Of a stretch of DNA of 64,000 bases, positions 1-12,494 are shown one piece after another. This DNA is from Octopus sinensis. Taxonomy: Eukaryota. Both the position numbers and the translations under genes were made by a program. The DNA lies in contig NC_043001.1 of NCBI RefSeq assembly GCF_006345805.1, forward strand, positions 23,436,001 to 23,500,000. Direction: 5' to 3'. The first letter of the stretch is position 1. Every line of letters starts with the position of its first letter. The notes under the pieces were generated by a model, which saw nothing but the letters and a program-made list of their open reading frames with translations, made no database searches and was not told where the DNA came from.

Positions 1-559
1 CTGGTTATTTTTATATCTTGGTGTGACACATTTGTCACTTCCACATAGTTTAATTGTTTTCACATTTTCCACAATTGGAGCTATTTGCTCTGGTCCCGTT
101 TCATGATTTTGAATTTTCAAAGAAAATTCTTAATACAAAAATTTCTTGCGAAATATTTTTTTTACTCTCTAAAGAGAGTCACAAAAACAGTTTGAAGAAT
201 ATGATGCAACAACAGTCAAAAACAGTTCAGTTCCCTCCTCCACAAGAGAAGCACATGATTTTCAACAACACTTGCAAGCAGGCAAAATTTTTAACAGAAC
301 AATTTAACAATCAATATTAACAATACCTTAATGTTATAACAAACAGCAAGTGTAAATCCAGCAACAAACCACAACAGAACTAGCACGACCTGCCTCACTT
401 TCTCTGACCACTACTATTTATATATAGTGATCCAGTTCGTTCTTGCCAGGGGGTGTTGTACTCTTACACAACATCTTCCCTTTTGAGATTTCGTGTTCCA
501 AAAGAAAAAAGAAATCTTTTTTATTTAAAAAATATATATATATATATTTTTATAGTATC

Positions 560-2340
560 TCTTTCAATTGGGCATTATCTGAAGGTGTTCAGACTGTTTT
601 CTTTTTCACATACTGGTTCTACAGGACTCTGCTACTTCTGGTACTGGTACATTGTTCCATGGGAATATCTTCCTGACCTTAGGTATGCGTCTTCCTTATT
701 TTGTTTGTATGTCTCTTATGTTCACTGTGTGACCCTTTAATTTGATATATCATACTTCCAATTTTTCTAGTAACAAGTCCATCTTCCCAGCCTTCTTAAC
801 CTTTTCTATAGGTTTTGAAATGCACTTTATCACCTATTTCAACATATTTTGCTGGCTCTTTTGTATTTCCTTTACATCTTTTTTCTCTGGCAATAGCTCA
901 TCAAAAATGGAATTTATTCTTCTTGTGAACATCAATTCTGTGGGAGACTGCCCTGAATTTGTAATTGTTTTGTGGGGTCACCCTGTATATTCCTAAGAAA
1001 TTTGTCAGGGCTTTGTCATTACTTAATTCATTTCTCGTTTTTCTGAACGCTCTCTTAAAGGTGTCCACAAATCTTTCTACCTGTCCGTTTGACCTCGGAT
1101 GGTAGGGTGAAGTGAAAATATGCTTTATCATATACCTTTACAGAAGTTCATGAATTCATACCCAGAGAACTGCATTCCATTATCTGACACTAGTGTGTTA
1201 GGGAAACAATTCATATAAGCAAACAATTCATATAAGAACTTTATAGTTGTCTTTGAGGTTGGTCTATAGCACCTGCAAACCTCTAACCACTTAGTACAGC
1301 TATCTACTACAATTAGGTAGTAAGTATCGTTTACCAGTCTGGCCTAGTCAGTGTGTAACCTAGACCATGGGTTCTCTGTCTCTGGCCACAATTGATATTT
1401 TACTGGCAGGGCTTTGGCCATGAGTGCGCAACCTTGGCACATTCTCACCAACTTTTTGATATCTCAGTCCATATACAGCCAATAGATCTAACTCCTCATC
1501 AGAGCCTTCATCCTTGCCATTCCTGGATGTCTGCTGTGACACAACTCTTTGGACATACCACAGAATATTGTCGCAAATTGAAAAATTACTGGCATCTGAA
1601 TTTTTATTCTGTTTATTCTTTAAAGCTTCTTTCATTTTCATAATATACTCATCACCTAAAGCTTTCATTCTTATATCCTGTGCAGTCTCTGGTAGTTCTT
1701 GGATAACGTTCATCATAACATTTTAAATTTTACTTTCTGCTTGTGGTGTGGCTATGTCTCCTCTAGTGGTTCCATATTTTTTGGAATTAACTTCGAAAGG
1801 CAGTCCACATGACCAACTTTATTTCGATGGAATGTATTCCATTTTGAAATCATAATTTAGTAATATTACATCCCAACATTGCAGGCAGTTCTATATACAG
1901 GCAGTATGAGTCAGTAACCCTTTTTTAGACCCATAAATCAACAGCAAAGGTCTGTGGTCTGTTTGCAATAAAAAAACTGCCATACAGAAACCTGTGAAAT
2001 TGCTAGGGCCTTCTTTTCAATTTGACTATATCTCTTCTCTGCCACTATTAGCAAGTGCAAAACATGAAGCACTAGTTTTATACTTCGGTCTTCATATTTA
2101 TGAAGTAGAACCACACTTAATCTTTGCTCGGAAGCATTAAATACTACAATGATGTCCATTTCAGGATCATAATGTGCTAATGACAGGTTCGAGATTAGAA
2201 ATTTTTTTATTTCTTCAAAAGTATTCTGGCATTTAGTGGACCAATTCCATTTTACTCCCTTTTTTAATAATTGTTCAACAGAGCTCTTATCTTGCGCAAA
2301 TTTGGAATGTAGCTGTATGATTACTGCCTCGCTTACTCAG
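560..2340 (-). mobile_element. Ty3/Gypsy LTR retrotransposon pol remnant (RT end, RNase H, H2C2 zinc finger, integrase), degraded
   Basis: Minus-strand fragments: DASEQRLSVVLLH...AEKRYSQIEKKALAI (RNase H, 1938-2159), ILWYVQRVV plus an HPG-type zinc-finger region (1360-1716) and TSPYHPRSNGQVERFVDTFKRAFRK (integrase core, 901-1131). The order is RT-RH-IN, with stops and frameshifts. Boundaries are approximate. Confidence 0.85.
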
Positions 2341-3190
2341 TTTGCTACTATATATATATGTAGTGGTCCAGTCCATTTTTGCTAGGGGCCAAAACATGTA
2401 ACAACCCAGGGAATTGCTCACAAGGTGGGAAATCCACTTTAACAGAGGATTTGTGCATGCAGAGTGTTTTGAAATTCATCCCCAACCCCACATAGATATT
2501 GCTCAGAACATGCTGGACTGTTAAGACCACAACCCAGACTTCATGAAGACCATCATCTTGACTGAAGAGACATGGACTTATGGTTATGACTTGGAAACCA
2601 AGTTTTAGTCCTCCCAGTGGAAGCATTTGTCATCATCAAGGCCCCAAAAATCACGACAGGTTTGCAGCAATGTGAACATAATGTTGACATGTTTCCTTGA
2701 AGACCATCATCTTGGAAACCAAGTTTTAGTCCTCCCAGTGGAATCATTTTTGATCATCAAGGCCCTAAAAATCACATGTTTCCTTGAAAACCATCATCTT
2801 GGAAACCAAATTTTAGTCCTCCCAGTGGAAGCATTTTTGATCATCAAGGCCCTAAAAATCACAACAGGTTTGCAGCAATGTGAACATAATGTTGACATGT
2901 TTCCTTGACTTCCATGGTATTGTGCATCATGAATATGCACCACAAGGTCAAACAATCAACAAGGAATACAACCTGGAGGTTATACGTTGTCATTGTGATG
3001 CTGTGCATCAAAAACGGCTGGACATGTGGGCAGTGAGGAATTGGTGTGGATGCTCTTACTCAGTTCACCTATCTTTCTTGGTCAAGAACCACACACCATT
3101 TGTTTGACAAACTCCGTACTCTCCCAACTTGGCACTGTGTGACTTCTAGTTCTTCCTCAAACTGAAAACCATGCTGCATTTTCATCTTGG
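2300..3190 (+). mobile_element. mariner transposase remnant with internal tandem triplication
   Basis: Manual translation gives IAQNMLD..NPDFMKTII..EETWTYGYDLETKF*SSQW, FLDFHGIVHHEYAPQGQTINKEY and TPYSPNLALCDF (mariner YSPDLAPCDF motif). The GGAAACCAAGTTTTAGTCCTCCCAGTGG block occurs three times in 2590-2830. Confidence 0.85.
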
Positions 3191-3214
3191 CGAAGAGATG
3201 GAAGTCTGCAGGTG

Positions 3215-3890
3215 CTAAATCTGGTTAATTAGGCAAGTGCAAAAGTGGTACCACATTGCTTTTGGCGAGAAACCCACAAGAGAGGAGAGTTTGGTGAAGA
3301 ATCCAGTTCTTCGTGCTCTACAGATCCAGTTGCTTTCATTGAATGTCTTCCCTCAAACACTTCAAAATCTCACAGTAGAACTCTCAATTGATGGTCTGGC
3401 CCAGGAAGATGAATTTTCTATGCACAATACCGCATTTCTGGGGGTGATACTTGTGGCAGATCTTTCAATCACTCATTGTCTTCTACTGACGTTCTTCCAC
3501 TTTGAAGTACCCACGCCACTTGAAACATTGCGTACAACCCATTACCTCATCACTATAAGCTTGCAAAACCAGGCTCAGTATTTCAGTAGCTCTTTGTTCC
3601 TGTCCATGGGTTTTTTTCTTTACCCAGTTATTTCACATGCTTTCAACGATTGTGACATTGAAATTACATGCAAGCAGTACCTTTCCCCAGAAAAGGAAAG
3701 ATTTGGTTGCTGTTTCTTGCACACCCTGCTACCATGTAACAGGCATTTTGGGTTCTTTATTGCAAATAGCAGTTGCATGGTAGCAGGGCGTGTTAGAAAT
3801 AGCAGCCAAATCTTTGGAAGTGAGATATGTTGAATGCACTCGAAAAAAACCTATGGAAAAAATTATTTCACACCGAAGTTATGAACAGGT
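3215..3890 (-). mobile_element. second, internally deleted mariner element
   Basis: The minus strand reads ATEILSLVLQAYSDEVMGCTQCFKW..FKSGRTSVED (HTH region) joined directly to IVHRKFIFLGQTIN*EFYCEILKCLREDI..KNWILH. The + strand 198-aa ORF is its antisense shadow. Confidence 0.75.
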
Positions 3891-4152
3891 CTTTTGCGAA
3901 ATATGCCAAAAGAAAAAAAAATGATGTTATTAACTTCGAATGTTATTAACCTTCGAATGGCGGTGCCCCAGCATGGCCACAGCTCATAAGCTGAAACTAG
4001 AATCAATCAATCAATCAATCAACTTGAAAATAATTTTAAAAAAGAAACATTAAAATATTGTCTGTTTAAAGAAAGCTAAAATATAAATACTTACTGCACA
4101 AACTTACATTTTTGAAATCACATTCACTTAAAGATATTTCTAAATGATTATT

Positions 4153-4360
4153 TACTGTAAAAAACAAATTGTTACACATCGCTGGTCACAATGTATTTGC
4201 ATTGTTTTAGCCTTCGAATGACGCCACCCCGCTGGCTAAGCGAGCAGGCCAACGGAAGAAAGAGTGGGAGAAAGAGTGGTGAAAGAGTACAGCAGGGATC
4301 ACCACCCCCTGCCGGAGCATCGTCGTGGTGCTTTTAAGTGTTTTCGCTCAATAAACACAC
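4153..4360 (-). mobile_element. tRNA-derived SINE, 3' part (same family as 57492-57790)
   Basis: Reverse complement of the body of the 57492-57790 copy (GAGTACAGCAGGGATCACCACCCCCTGCCGGAGC...TTTTCGCTCAATAAACAC). Confidence 0.8.
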
Positions 4361-4368
4361 ACACACAC

Positions 4369-4582
4369 ATATAATTAAGGGTTTAGCAACAAGTTGCTTC
4401 ACCACATATACTGAAAATTTAGAAATAGCAGCCAAAAACAGCTAATTCCTTTTCAGTACAGATAACAGTATTGTTATCTGTGGAGTCTAATCTGTAGTGA
4501 AAAGGAATTAGCTGTCTTTGGCTGCTATTTCTAAATTTTCAGTATGAGGTGAAGCAACTTGTTGCTAAACCCTTAATTATAT
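4369..4582. repeat. fold-back inverted repeat of about 85 bp arms, PLE-like terminus family also at 59080-59190 and 31435-31475
   Basis: ATATAATTAAGGGTTTAGCAACAAGTTGCTTCACC...AATTCCTTTTCA is mirrored by GAAAAGGAATT...GGTGAAGCAACTTGTTGCTAAACCCTTAATTATAT. The PLE assignment is inferred from the architecture. Confidence 0.85.
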
Positions 4583-4726
4583 TTAATCATATATAAAAAA
4601 AAAAAAACTTTTTGTAAAAGTTTCTACCAATAATGGTTCTTTTTCCATACCGAAACTACTTGGTAAAATTTATTAATTATTAAATTAACAATTCTTTACC
4701 CTATATCTGTAATGATTATATATATA

Positions 4727-4783
<57 letters not shown>

Positions 4784-4786
<3 letters not shown>

Positions 4787-5520
4787 AAAACCTGGGACAA
4801 GGTGGTGAAGCACGACCTTCGAACTTTAGGTCTCACTGAGGAAATGACTAGAGACCGAGACCTCTGGAAGTGTGCTGTGCGCGAGAAGACCCGGCAGGAC
4901 AAGTGAGTCCATAACCCGTGGCCTTCTACATGGGATGGAGCCAGCCTACGTATGCATACCTTCCCTTCTTGGGACACAAAACTCTACTTGTGAAGACGTG
5001 ATGAGGCAAGTGAGGATCAGAATCAAAATCGATCAATGGAAATTGCGGATGTGCTACCAGTGCCGGTGGCATGTCAAAACTCTGCTTGTGAAGACCCGTT
5101 GAGGCAAGTGACGATCAGAATCGAAATCGATCAATGGAAATCGATCAATGGAAATTGCAGATGTGTTACCAGTGCCGGTGGCATGTAAGAGAACTTTCCG
5201 TTTCGCGACCGTTGCCAGCACCGCCCCGTTTCGTGTCCGTTGCCAGCCTTGCCTGGCCCTTGTGCCGGTGGCACATAAAAAGCACCATCCGTTCGTGGCC
5301 GTTTGCCAGCTCTGTCTGGCACCAGTGCGGGTGGCACGTAAAAAGCACCCACTACACTCACGGAGTGGTTGGCGTTAGGAAGGGCATCCAGCCGTAGAAA
5401 CACTGCCAGATTTGACTGGGCCTGATGAAGCCTTCTGGCTTCACAGACCCCAGTAGAACCGTCCAACCCATGCTAGCATGGAAAACGGACGCTAAACGAT
5501 GATGATGATGATGATGATAT
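4784..5520 (+). mobile_element. RTE-clade LINE, 5'-truncated 3' end with 3' UTR and (GAT)n tail
   Basis: RKTWDKVVKHDLRTLGLTEEMTRDRDLWKCAVREKTRQDK* (RTE-type C-terminus), followed by a UTR that ends CGCTAAACGATGATGATG. Confidence 0.85.
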
Positions 5521-5632
5521 ATATATATATATATATATATATTGTCAGTAAGTCATAAATCCAAAAGAGAAGTACACTTTAAGTTATAGAGCAGTAGAGT
5601 AATTAGACAAAGATAGTTATGGCCAGTCTATG

Positions 5633-5688
5633 AGGTTACCCAGGGTTTCATGTCCATGAAGTGCTTAGTTTTACGTTTCTTCAGACCC
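5633..5688 (-). ncRNA. type I hammerhead ribozyme-like motif (helix II degenerate)
   Basis: Minus strand: GGGT CTGAAGA A ACGT-(19 nt)-ACAT GAAA CCC T GGG TA ACCT. The core, near-palindromic helix III and 4-bp helix I are present; helix II has one mismatch. Confidence 0.55.
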
Positions 5689-5759
5689 TAATGGCTGGTG
5701 GCCTATAACCTCTCATCAAAGTGGCGGGAGAAATATATATATATATATATATGTGTGTA

Positions 5760-6090
5760 TCTATATGTGTTTGTGTCTGTGTTAGTCCCCCATCACTGCT
5801 TGACACCTGGTGCTGGTGTGTATACGTCCCTTTAACTTAGAGGTTCAGTAAATCTAACCGATTGAATAAGTACTGGGCTTAAATAGTAAGTCATGGGGTC
5901 GATTTTACTAAAAAAAAAAAACGCTTTGAGGTAGTGCTCCTGCTTGGCCACGATCAAATGACTGAAACAAGTAAAAGAATAAAGAATAAAAGACTACATA
6001 CATACACATATGCACACGTGCCTACTACAGCTGGGACTGAACTTGGAACCATGTGATTGGCAAGCAAACTTCTTAACCACACAACCACAT
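5760..6090. mobile_element. fragments of the abundant tRNA-derived SINE (3' half on +, head on -)
   Basis: Matches the family with head AGGAGTGGCTGTGTGG and tail CAAATGACTGAAACAAGTAAAAGA seen many times in this window. Confidence 0.7.
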
Positions 6091-6453
6091 CTTCCCCTTC
6101 CTTATTTCTAGATTTTACTCCTCCACCCACGGAAGAGCATTTGTTTACTATTTGCTGCATGGCTAATTTCAAATAATCGAAGTTTTTCCAATCACTATCT
6201 TACATATGCGAGGCCTTACCTTACGTGTATTTATACATTTATCACATTAAGAAAAAAACGTGGTGTGAGCAAAAGGACTCAAAAACCCAGATGAATATCA
6301 CGTTAGTTAGAATGTAACATTCACAACTTAACAGTGATGTCGAAGACAATACTTATAAAGTTGACGAGACAAAAGTAAATATCAAAGTCCGTATTCCAAA
6401 AAACGCGTGAGGGCAATGAGGAAAAAATGCACTGTTGATTGATAATAATAATA

Positions 6454-6499
<46 letters not shown>

Positions 6500-6503
<4 letters not shown>

Positions 6504-7065
6504 CGCCCTGATGCAGTACCAGACAGTGGCTCTCATAGCTTTTGATCTTAACTGATTGGAAGTGTTATCATGTACTTTGTTTTGTCTTGGTATAAAAGAT
6601 GGGCTACAGCAAATATTCTGCTCAATACCACAGATTTGCTTGTCAGTTGTTTGACTTTAACCAGTTGAGCATATCCCTTAGTGGCTGACAATATGTGCAT
6701 CTCTGATCACGAGCAGAAGTAGTGGGGGAGCATCATAGCCTTGTGTTGAAAGGAATTCTTGGAGGTTTGGATAATTCACCTTTGGAAATATGGGTGATTC
6801 GTTCAACATCCTTAAACAATCCTTATTCGGGGACCTTTTGAGCGGAATGGGCTACTCGACCAGAAGAAAATTCTAACTGGGCCCCACCTGCAAGGTAATG
6901 CGCTGTTTATCTTGATATGAGATCACCATGTCGCGCACATATGGTTGTGATGCATGTGCCCAGTGTACCCTTATCAGACGGGTAGTCATGATGGGTATAC
7001 TGGGCTTCGTATATTTTACCCCAGTGTCACTTTGATGGCATGCACTGCTCACTCACTCACTCAAT
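6500..7065. mobile_element. unclassified ~570-bp element flanked by (TAA)n on both sides
   Basis: Complex non-coding block between two (AAT)n tracts. It carries a GCCCAGTGTACCC/GGGTATACTGGGC hairpin near its right end. The mobile-element call is inferred from the flanks. Confidence 0.45.
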
Positions 7066-7269
7066 AATAATAATAATAATAATAATAATAATTATTATTA
7101 TTATTATTATTGTCATTTACTTTTAATCTGCATGTTTGATGCAATCACTTGCCGGGGCACACCCAGCGCCCTAGGGCAAGTGAAGGTTAAGGAGTTGTTT
7201 AAATATAGCTGAAAGCTTGGGGAGGGGAAGCAGATAAATATCTCCATGTAATACAACACAAACATTTAC

Positions 7270-7342
7270 ATTGATAGGGTTTTTATTATTATTATTATTA
7301 TTATTATATATTATTATTATTATATATTATTATTATTATATA

Positions 7343-7377
<35 letters not shown>

Positions 7378-7428
7378 TATTATATTAATTATTATTATTA
7401 TTATCATTATCATTATTATTATTATTAA

Positions 7429-7525
<97 letters not shown>

Positions 7526-7530
7526 CATCC
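7270..7530. repeat. (ATT)n/(ATC)n microsatellite
   Basis: Directly visible; source of the poly-Ile/poly-Asn ORFs. Confidence 0.95.
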
Positions 7531-8049
7531 TAGTGGCTGTGGTGAAAGAGGTTGTTTGGTGTTCAAGGCTGAAAGGCATGAGGACAGATGCATTCCCCCT
7601 TGGTAGAGCTCTCATTGACATTTTCAAGTTTCAGTTGAAAAGGAAATTGAGAGTGGAGAGGGAAGTGTTGTCCTCGAGTGAGTTTATTGAAAGGTGGGTG
7701 GAAGTTGTGAAAATGGCAAGAGTGGATGGTACCTCTCTAAGTATAGACCTATGAGCCAGATAGAAGAAATTGGAGAGGGCACTTGCTCTTGGAGTTTCAG
7801 GGCAATCTCAAACAGTGGGTTTCCTCGATTATCCCTAGAGGCCTTCCTCTATCAGGAGGGTCACATCTCTATCATCCTCCCTGCCACATTTTTTTTCAAC
7901 CTTTGTATGCTCTGTATATATATCCCTTCTTTTTCAGTATATACCATGTATACTTGCATTTTTCTTATTTCATTATATGTGAAACCCCTTACTTTATGTC
8001 TGTCTCTGTATTGTCCCCTCATCCTTCGCCCTGGTGGCAAATAAAAGAA

Positions 8050-8050
<1 letters not shown>
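7528..8050 (+). mobile_element. L1/Tx1-like LINE 3' end
   Basis: The ORF end AVVKEVVWCSRLKG...EFIERWVEVVKMARVDGTSLSIDL* resembles Tx1/L1 ORF2 C-termini. It is followed by a T-rich UTR, AAATAAAAG and an (ATT)n tract. Confidence 0.55.
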
Positions 8051-8104
<54 letters not shown>

Positions 8105-8164
8105 ATTATTAATTATTATTATTATTGTTATTGTTATTTTTATTGTTAGTTATTGTTATTGTTA

Positions 8165-8210
<46 letters not shown>
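8050..8210. repeat. (ATT)n microsatellite, the 3' flank of the R4/Dong element
   Basis: Directly visible. Confidence 0.95.
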
Positions 8211-11200
8211 TCCTTCATAACACAATGTAGGTAAAAATGCACTGGAGTCTTTAGTCGTCTGTCAAGTTACAACAAGGGCCTTAGACTGATAATACTTTCC
8301 TTAAGATGTGCGCTGTGTCCAATAAGGCTACTTTTTGTAAGACATCAGTCTTGCATGGGATTGCCATCTACCTAAAGAAGTCTTGAAGTTTCACTGAAAT
8401 TGGGCCCAACGCTCTGATCACCACTGTTATCACCTCTCGCATTCCATAGTTTTTTCCATTTCCACTTTCAACTTGGAGTACTTGGTGATTTTTACAACCT
8501 CTTTACTCACAATATTCATGTCATTTGGTATGGCTATATCAATGATCTCTATTTGTCTCTCTTATTCAATATGATAATATCCGGCCGACGGTGCTCGATT
8601 ACACGATCCGTCTGAAAATTATAGCCCCAGAGTATCGTTACTTTTCTAGCCTCCTGTATAACTTTACTTGGTACATGCTCATACCAGTTCTCTGTTATTT
8701 CATATTGGCATTTACAGCATAAGAGCCAATGAAGATGCACACACACTTTATCGTGACAGTGCTTGTATTCTTTTTGTGCAAGGCTCTCACATCCAGTTAC
8801 CAAGTGGGTCACAATTTCCACACTCTTTTCACAGTCTGCATTTCTGGTGTCAGAAATTTTATTGATGTTATACTTTACTGACTTGGTTATGAGAGCCTGG
8901 TCTTGTGCAGCAATGATCAGGTTTTCAGTGGTACACTTTAAATCACCTCGCTCAAGCCATGTTCATGATGCTGTATTCTCCTTAATGTCCTGTGTATTCC
9001 TTTCAAATTGTCCATGCATTCTCATTTTAAGAAAGTTTTCTTTTCTCTTCTCCTCAGCTCTTTGGTTAAACTCTTCCTTGCCCATCATTTCATCTGCATT
9101 TACACCCATATCTTTCGCAGCATATTGCAGCAGGCCTTCATCACTATTTATCAAATACTCGGCAAGCATTCTCCTTTCACTTCTTATACAATGGTCTATA
9201 CTAATTAGTCCTCTGCCACCATTCTTTCTTTTCATTTACAGTCTGTTTATGTTTGCTTTAGGGTGTAGCGCTCCATGTAGCGTCTTCAACTTTCTTGTCA
9301 TTCTATCCAGTGTTGATACTTCCTCCTTAGTCCATTTGAGGATGGATGCACTATATCTGACCACTGAAATTGCCAAGCTATTCATTGCGGTAATCAAAAT
9401 TTGGCATTCTGGTTGGATTTCAACACCATCTTCACTCTTTTATGATATACCTCACTGACCTTGACTTTCATTTCTCTGTGTAGAATGTCATCCAGCTCCC
9501 AAATCTCTAAATATCGATACCCACTACCGTTGGGTCCACCCATGGTCTCTCCTGATGGTAACTGCAATCCTCTGCAGAATGCTTTCTTTCATCTTTTCAT
9601 ATTACATACTGAGCATTTGGTAATCCCGAATTCCATACCGATGTCCCTACCACACTTCTGGACTGTTTTGGTTAAGCAATCTATCAGTTTTTCAGATTTC
9701 CCAAAAAATTTCAGGTCATCCAAGAACAGAAGATGGTTCAATGATGAGCCTTTCATTCCTCATCGATAACCTATCTTAACTTTCCTCAGTGTCATTGTTA
9801 TGGGTATTAGTGAAATTACAAATAGAAACAGAGAAAACGAGTCACCTTGGAAGATGCCCCTTTTAATATTAAATTCTCCAAGGAATACATTACTTGAGTA
9901 CAATTTGGTTTTCCACTCTTTCATGCCATGCATCAGAAAATATGTGATATTGCCAGCAACACCAAACATCTTCAGGTGTTCAACAATCCAAGGACGAGGC
10001 ATCATATCATATGCCTTCCTAAAGTCAATCCAAACCATAGACATGACATGTTTGTATGATGTTTTTTATAATGCCTCAAAATTGTTTTATCGATGACCAG
10101 GTGATCCTTGGTACCCTGAGAACTCTTCCTACATCCTTTTTGTTCCCTTGGTAGTATTTCTTCCTGTGTCAGGAAATTATATGTCTTTGCCGCAAATATT
10201 CCAGTGATTATCTTCCAGAGTATGTTTAGGCATGCTATGGAACGGTAGTTTCCCACAATATTCCCCTCTCTTGTATCTTTCATTATAAGTGTTGTCCTCT
10301 CAGTCACCATTCATGTAGGGACTGTACCTTTCTGGACACACTCATTCAATTGGGCTGCTAGTCTTTCATGCACCGCATAGCATCTCTTCAGTCAAAAGCC
10401 ATGAATCCTATCTGGTCCAGGAGCTTTCCAGTTAGGCACTTTACCCACTTGTTCTTTCACTTTAACCGTGCTTTTGACAATATTCTTTTATTTATTTCCT
10501 CCTTGTAATTCTGTCTTGATAGTTCCTATCCACATTGCATCCCTTTTATGCACCACATTGTTTCCCTATAATCCACTCCAGAGCTCCTTGGCTTGATTTG
10601 CATCAGGAGCAACATTTTCCCCATTGTCTCCTTCTAACGTTCAAAAGAGTTCTTTCAGGTTATTTTTAAACAGTCTGTTCTCCTCGGACTGCTTATTTCT
10701 GTCCACAAATATCTTCTGATATTCTGGCTTTTTCCCATGATCCTCTGTTATAACTGCTCTATTACTGCTTGAAACCCATTCTTCCGCATTTTATATTTCT
10801 TCCATAATTTTTCTCAGTCGGTCTTTTTCCCATTTTTCTAGTTTCCTCTTAACCATTGCTCAATTTTCCCAAGATCTCACCTTGCCCGCATTATGTCCCT
10901 TTCAATGCATCGTTTCCACCATGGTTCTTTTTGCTCCACCATGTTTTGTTTTCTTAAGTTGCAATTTCTCCTCAGAAAGTAGCGCAATAGCTCGGAGAAG
11001 ATTCCTTGTTTGTGTTATGTCCTCCGTCTGGATGTATGGAATGACAATATTTATCTTTTGTGCTACTTTATTTATCATACTCCTATCTACCCTCTTCATA
11101 TTCATCAAGATTTTTTTCTTCTGGAGCATTCATCAAGTCAGAGAGTCGTCTTTGAATTTCAAGCAATTCATTATCTAGTTGGTTCATTTCCCCTGCATGT

Positions 11201-11400
11201 TCACCCATCACAGTATCAGGGTTCACTGTATAATGTTCCTGTTCCTCATCCTTAACAGCCCCATCACTATTTCCCTGTTCCTCCTGTCTACTCTTCTCTC
11301 TGCTTTCAACTCTTACCTCTCTGTCTTCAACTCCGACCATCCTTTGTAGGCCATCTGCAGGGATCTCTCAGACACTCACTAATCCGAGATATTTTTATTC
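8210..11400 (-). mobile_element. R4/Dong-clade non-LTR retrotransposon (RT plus restriction-like endonuclease), near full-length, frameshifted
   Basis: Minus strand: REQKGCRKSSQGTKDHLVIDK, WIDFRKAYD, RGIFQGDSFS, NHLLFLDDLK (RT); EIVTHLVTGCESLAQKEYKHCHDKV (CCHC-type) and HRRPDIIIL (REL); C-terminus LQKVALLDTAHILRKVLSV* (stop at 8281-8283). The 3' end abuts (TAA)n. Confidence 0.9.
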
Positions 11401-11469
11401 CAGTTAAGTAATCCTTCCTCCTCCTCCTCCTCCTCCTACTACTACTACTACTACTTTTTTTTGTTTCTT

Positions 11470-11990
11470 TTCATTATAACTTTATTTCATTTTTGGCTCA
11501 AAAAGCAAAAAGCAAGGCCATGGACTTATGTACAAGGAGGGTGTTCATGCAAAGAGTTCAGGCCATTTCTGGTCAAGAGAGACTTTGAACCGAGCGGTCG
11601 TTGGCATCTTCACTATCTTGTCTGGCAGCTTATTCCACGGATCCGCAACCCGGATGGAGAAAGCCCCTCTCCTTCGATTGCGATGAAATCATCGCAGATA
11701 GAGCTTTTCGGAGTGACCCCGCAGCCGACGCTCTGGAGCAGGAGTGAAGAACAGCTCTTTCGAGGTTACACTTTCCGCTTATGATGTTGTGAGCAAGAAT
11801 GAGATCACCACGGCGTCGTCGTTTTTCTCCAGCCTTTCTTCATAAGACAAATGTTTGAGACCAAGAACCATGCGTGTAGCCAGCTTCTGGACTCTTTCGA
11901 GATGATGTATGTCTTTGAGGAGATAAGGAGAAGAGGCTTGAATCCCGTACTCCAATATGGGAGCTGCCTTTGTACTGGGCATCCTCCGGC
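11470..11990 (-). mobile_element. CR1-clade LINE 3' fragment
   Basis: PILEYGIQASSPYLLKDIHHLERVQKLATRMVLGLKHLSYEERL is a typical CR1 ORF2 C-terminal motif. Confidence 0.85.
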
Positions 11991-12494
11991 AGCCAAGAGT
12001 AGCAAGGGCACTTTTGTTTTACTAAAATTTTGTTTTGCTAAAATTATCACCACATTTGTTCCATTTTAGATGGAGAGTGCTTTCCGTAGTATATAGGCTA
12101 TACCCATCAAGGTTATCTTTTGTAGTTCATGGAGACTAGAGTTACCAGGGAGTTGCTTAATATACTTCTCAGCTCACCTTCTTCCCAGTTGTCTTCGATA
12201 TTATTCATGCAAACCTTCTTTGGTTTTCTTTGATGTTTTTTGCATCAGTGATAGGTTTGTCACTATTTGGATCTCTTTGGTCTTCCTGATAGTTAATTTC
12301 TAAATCAGAAGCAGTGGTAGGTCTGTCAGTATTTGGGTGTCATTTTGTCATTCTTATTGTTAACTTGTAGGCCAAGAGACATTAAAAATTTCTGACTAAG
12401 CTTCATGATTGAAGCTTGCTTGGAATCTTCATGCTTCAGAGCAGTTCATGAGAGCACATCACTCACTGTTGTTTATTTATTTATTTTATTTTAG

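Noticed and set aside
3237-3833. 198-aa + strand ORF
   Set aside because: It is the antisense shadow of a mariner remnant. The 8763-9458 ORF is likewise antisense to the R4/Dong element.
5423-5445. CTGATGA-AGCC-TTCT-GGCT hairpin resembling a hammerhead (also at about 30244 and 20875)
   Set aside because: No GAAA follows helix II (TCAC instead) and there is no helix III or UH site; it is part of the RTE UTR.
11340-11420. HDV-like ribozyme at the 5' end of the R4/Dong element
   Set aside because: No nested double-pseudoknot pattern could be read by eye; a formal descriptor search would be needed.
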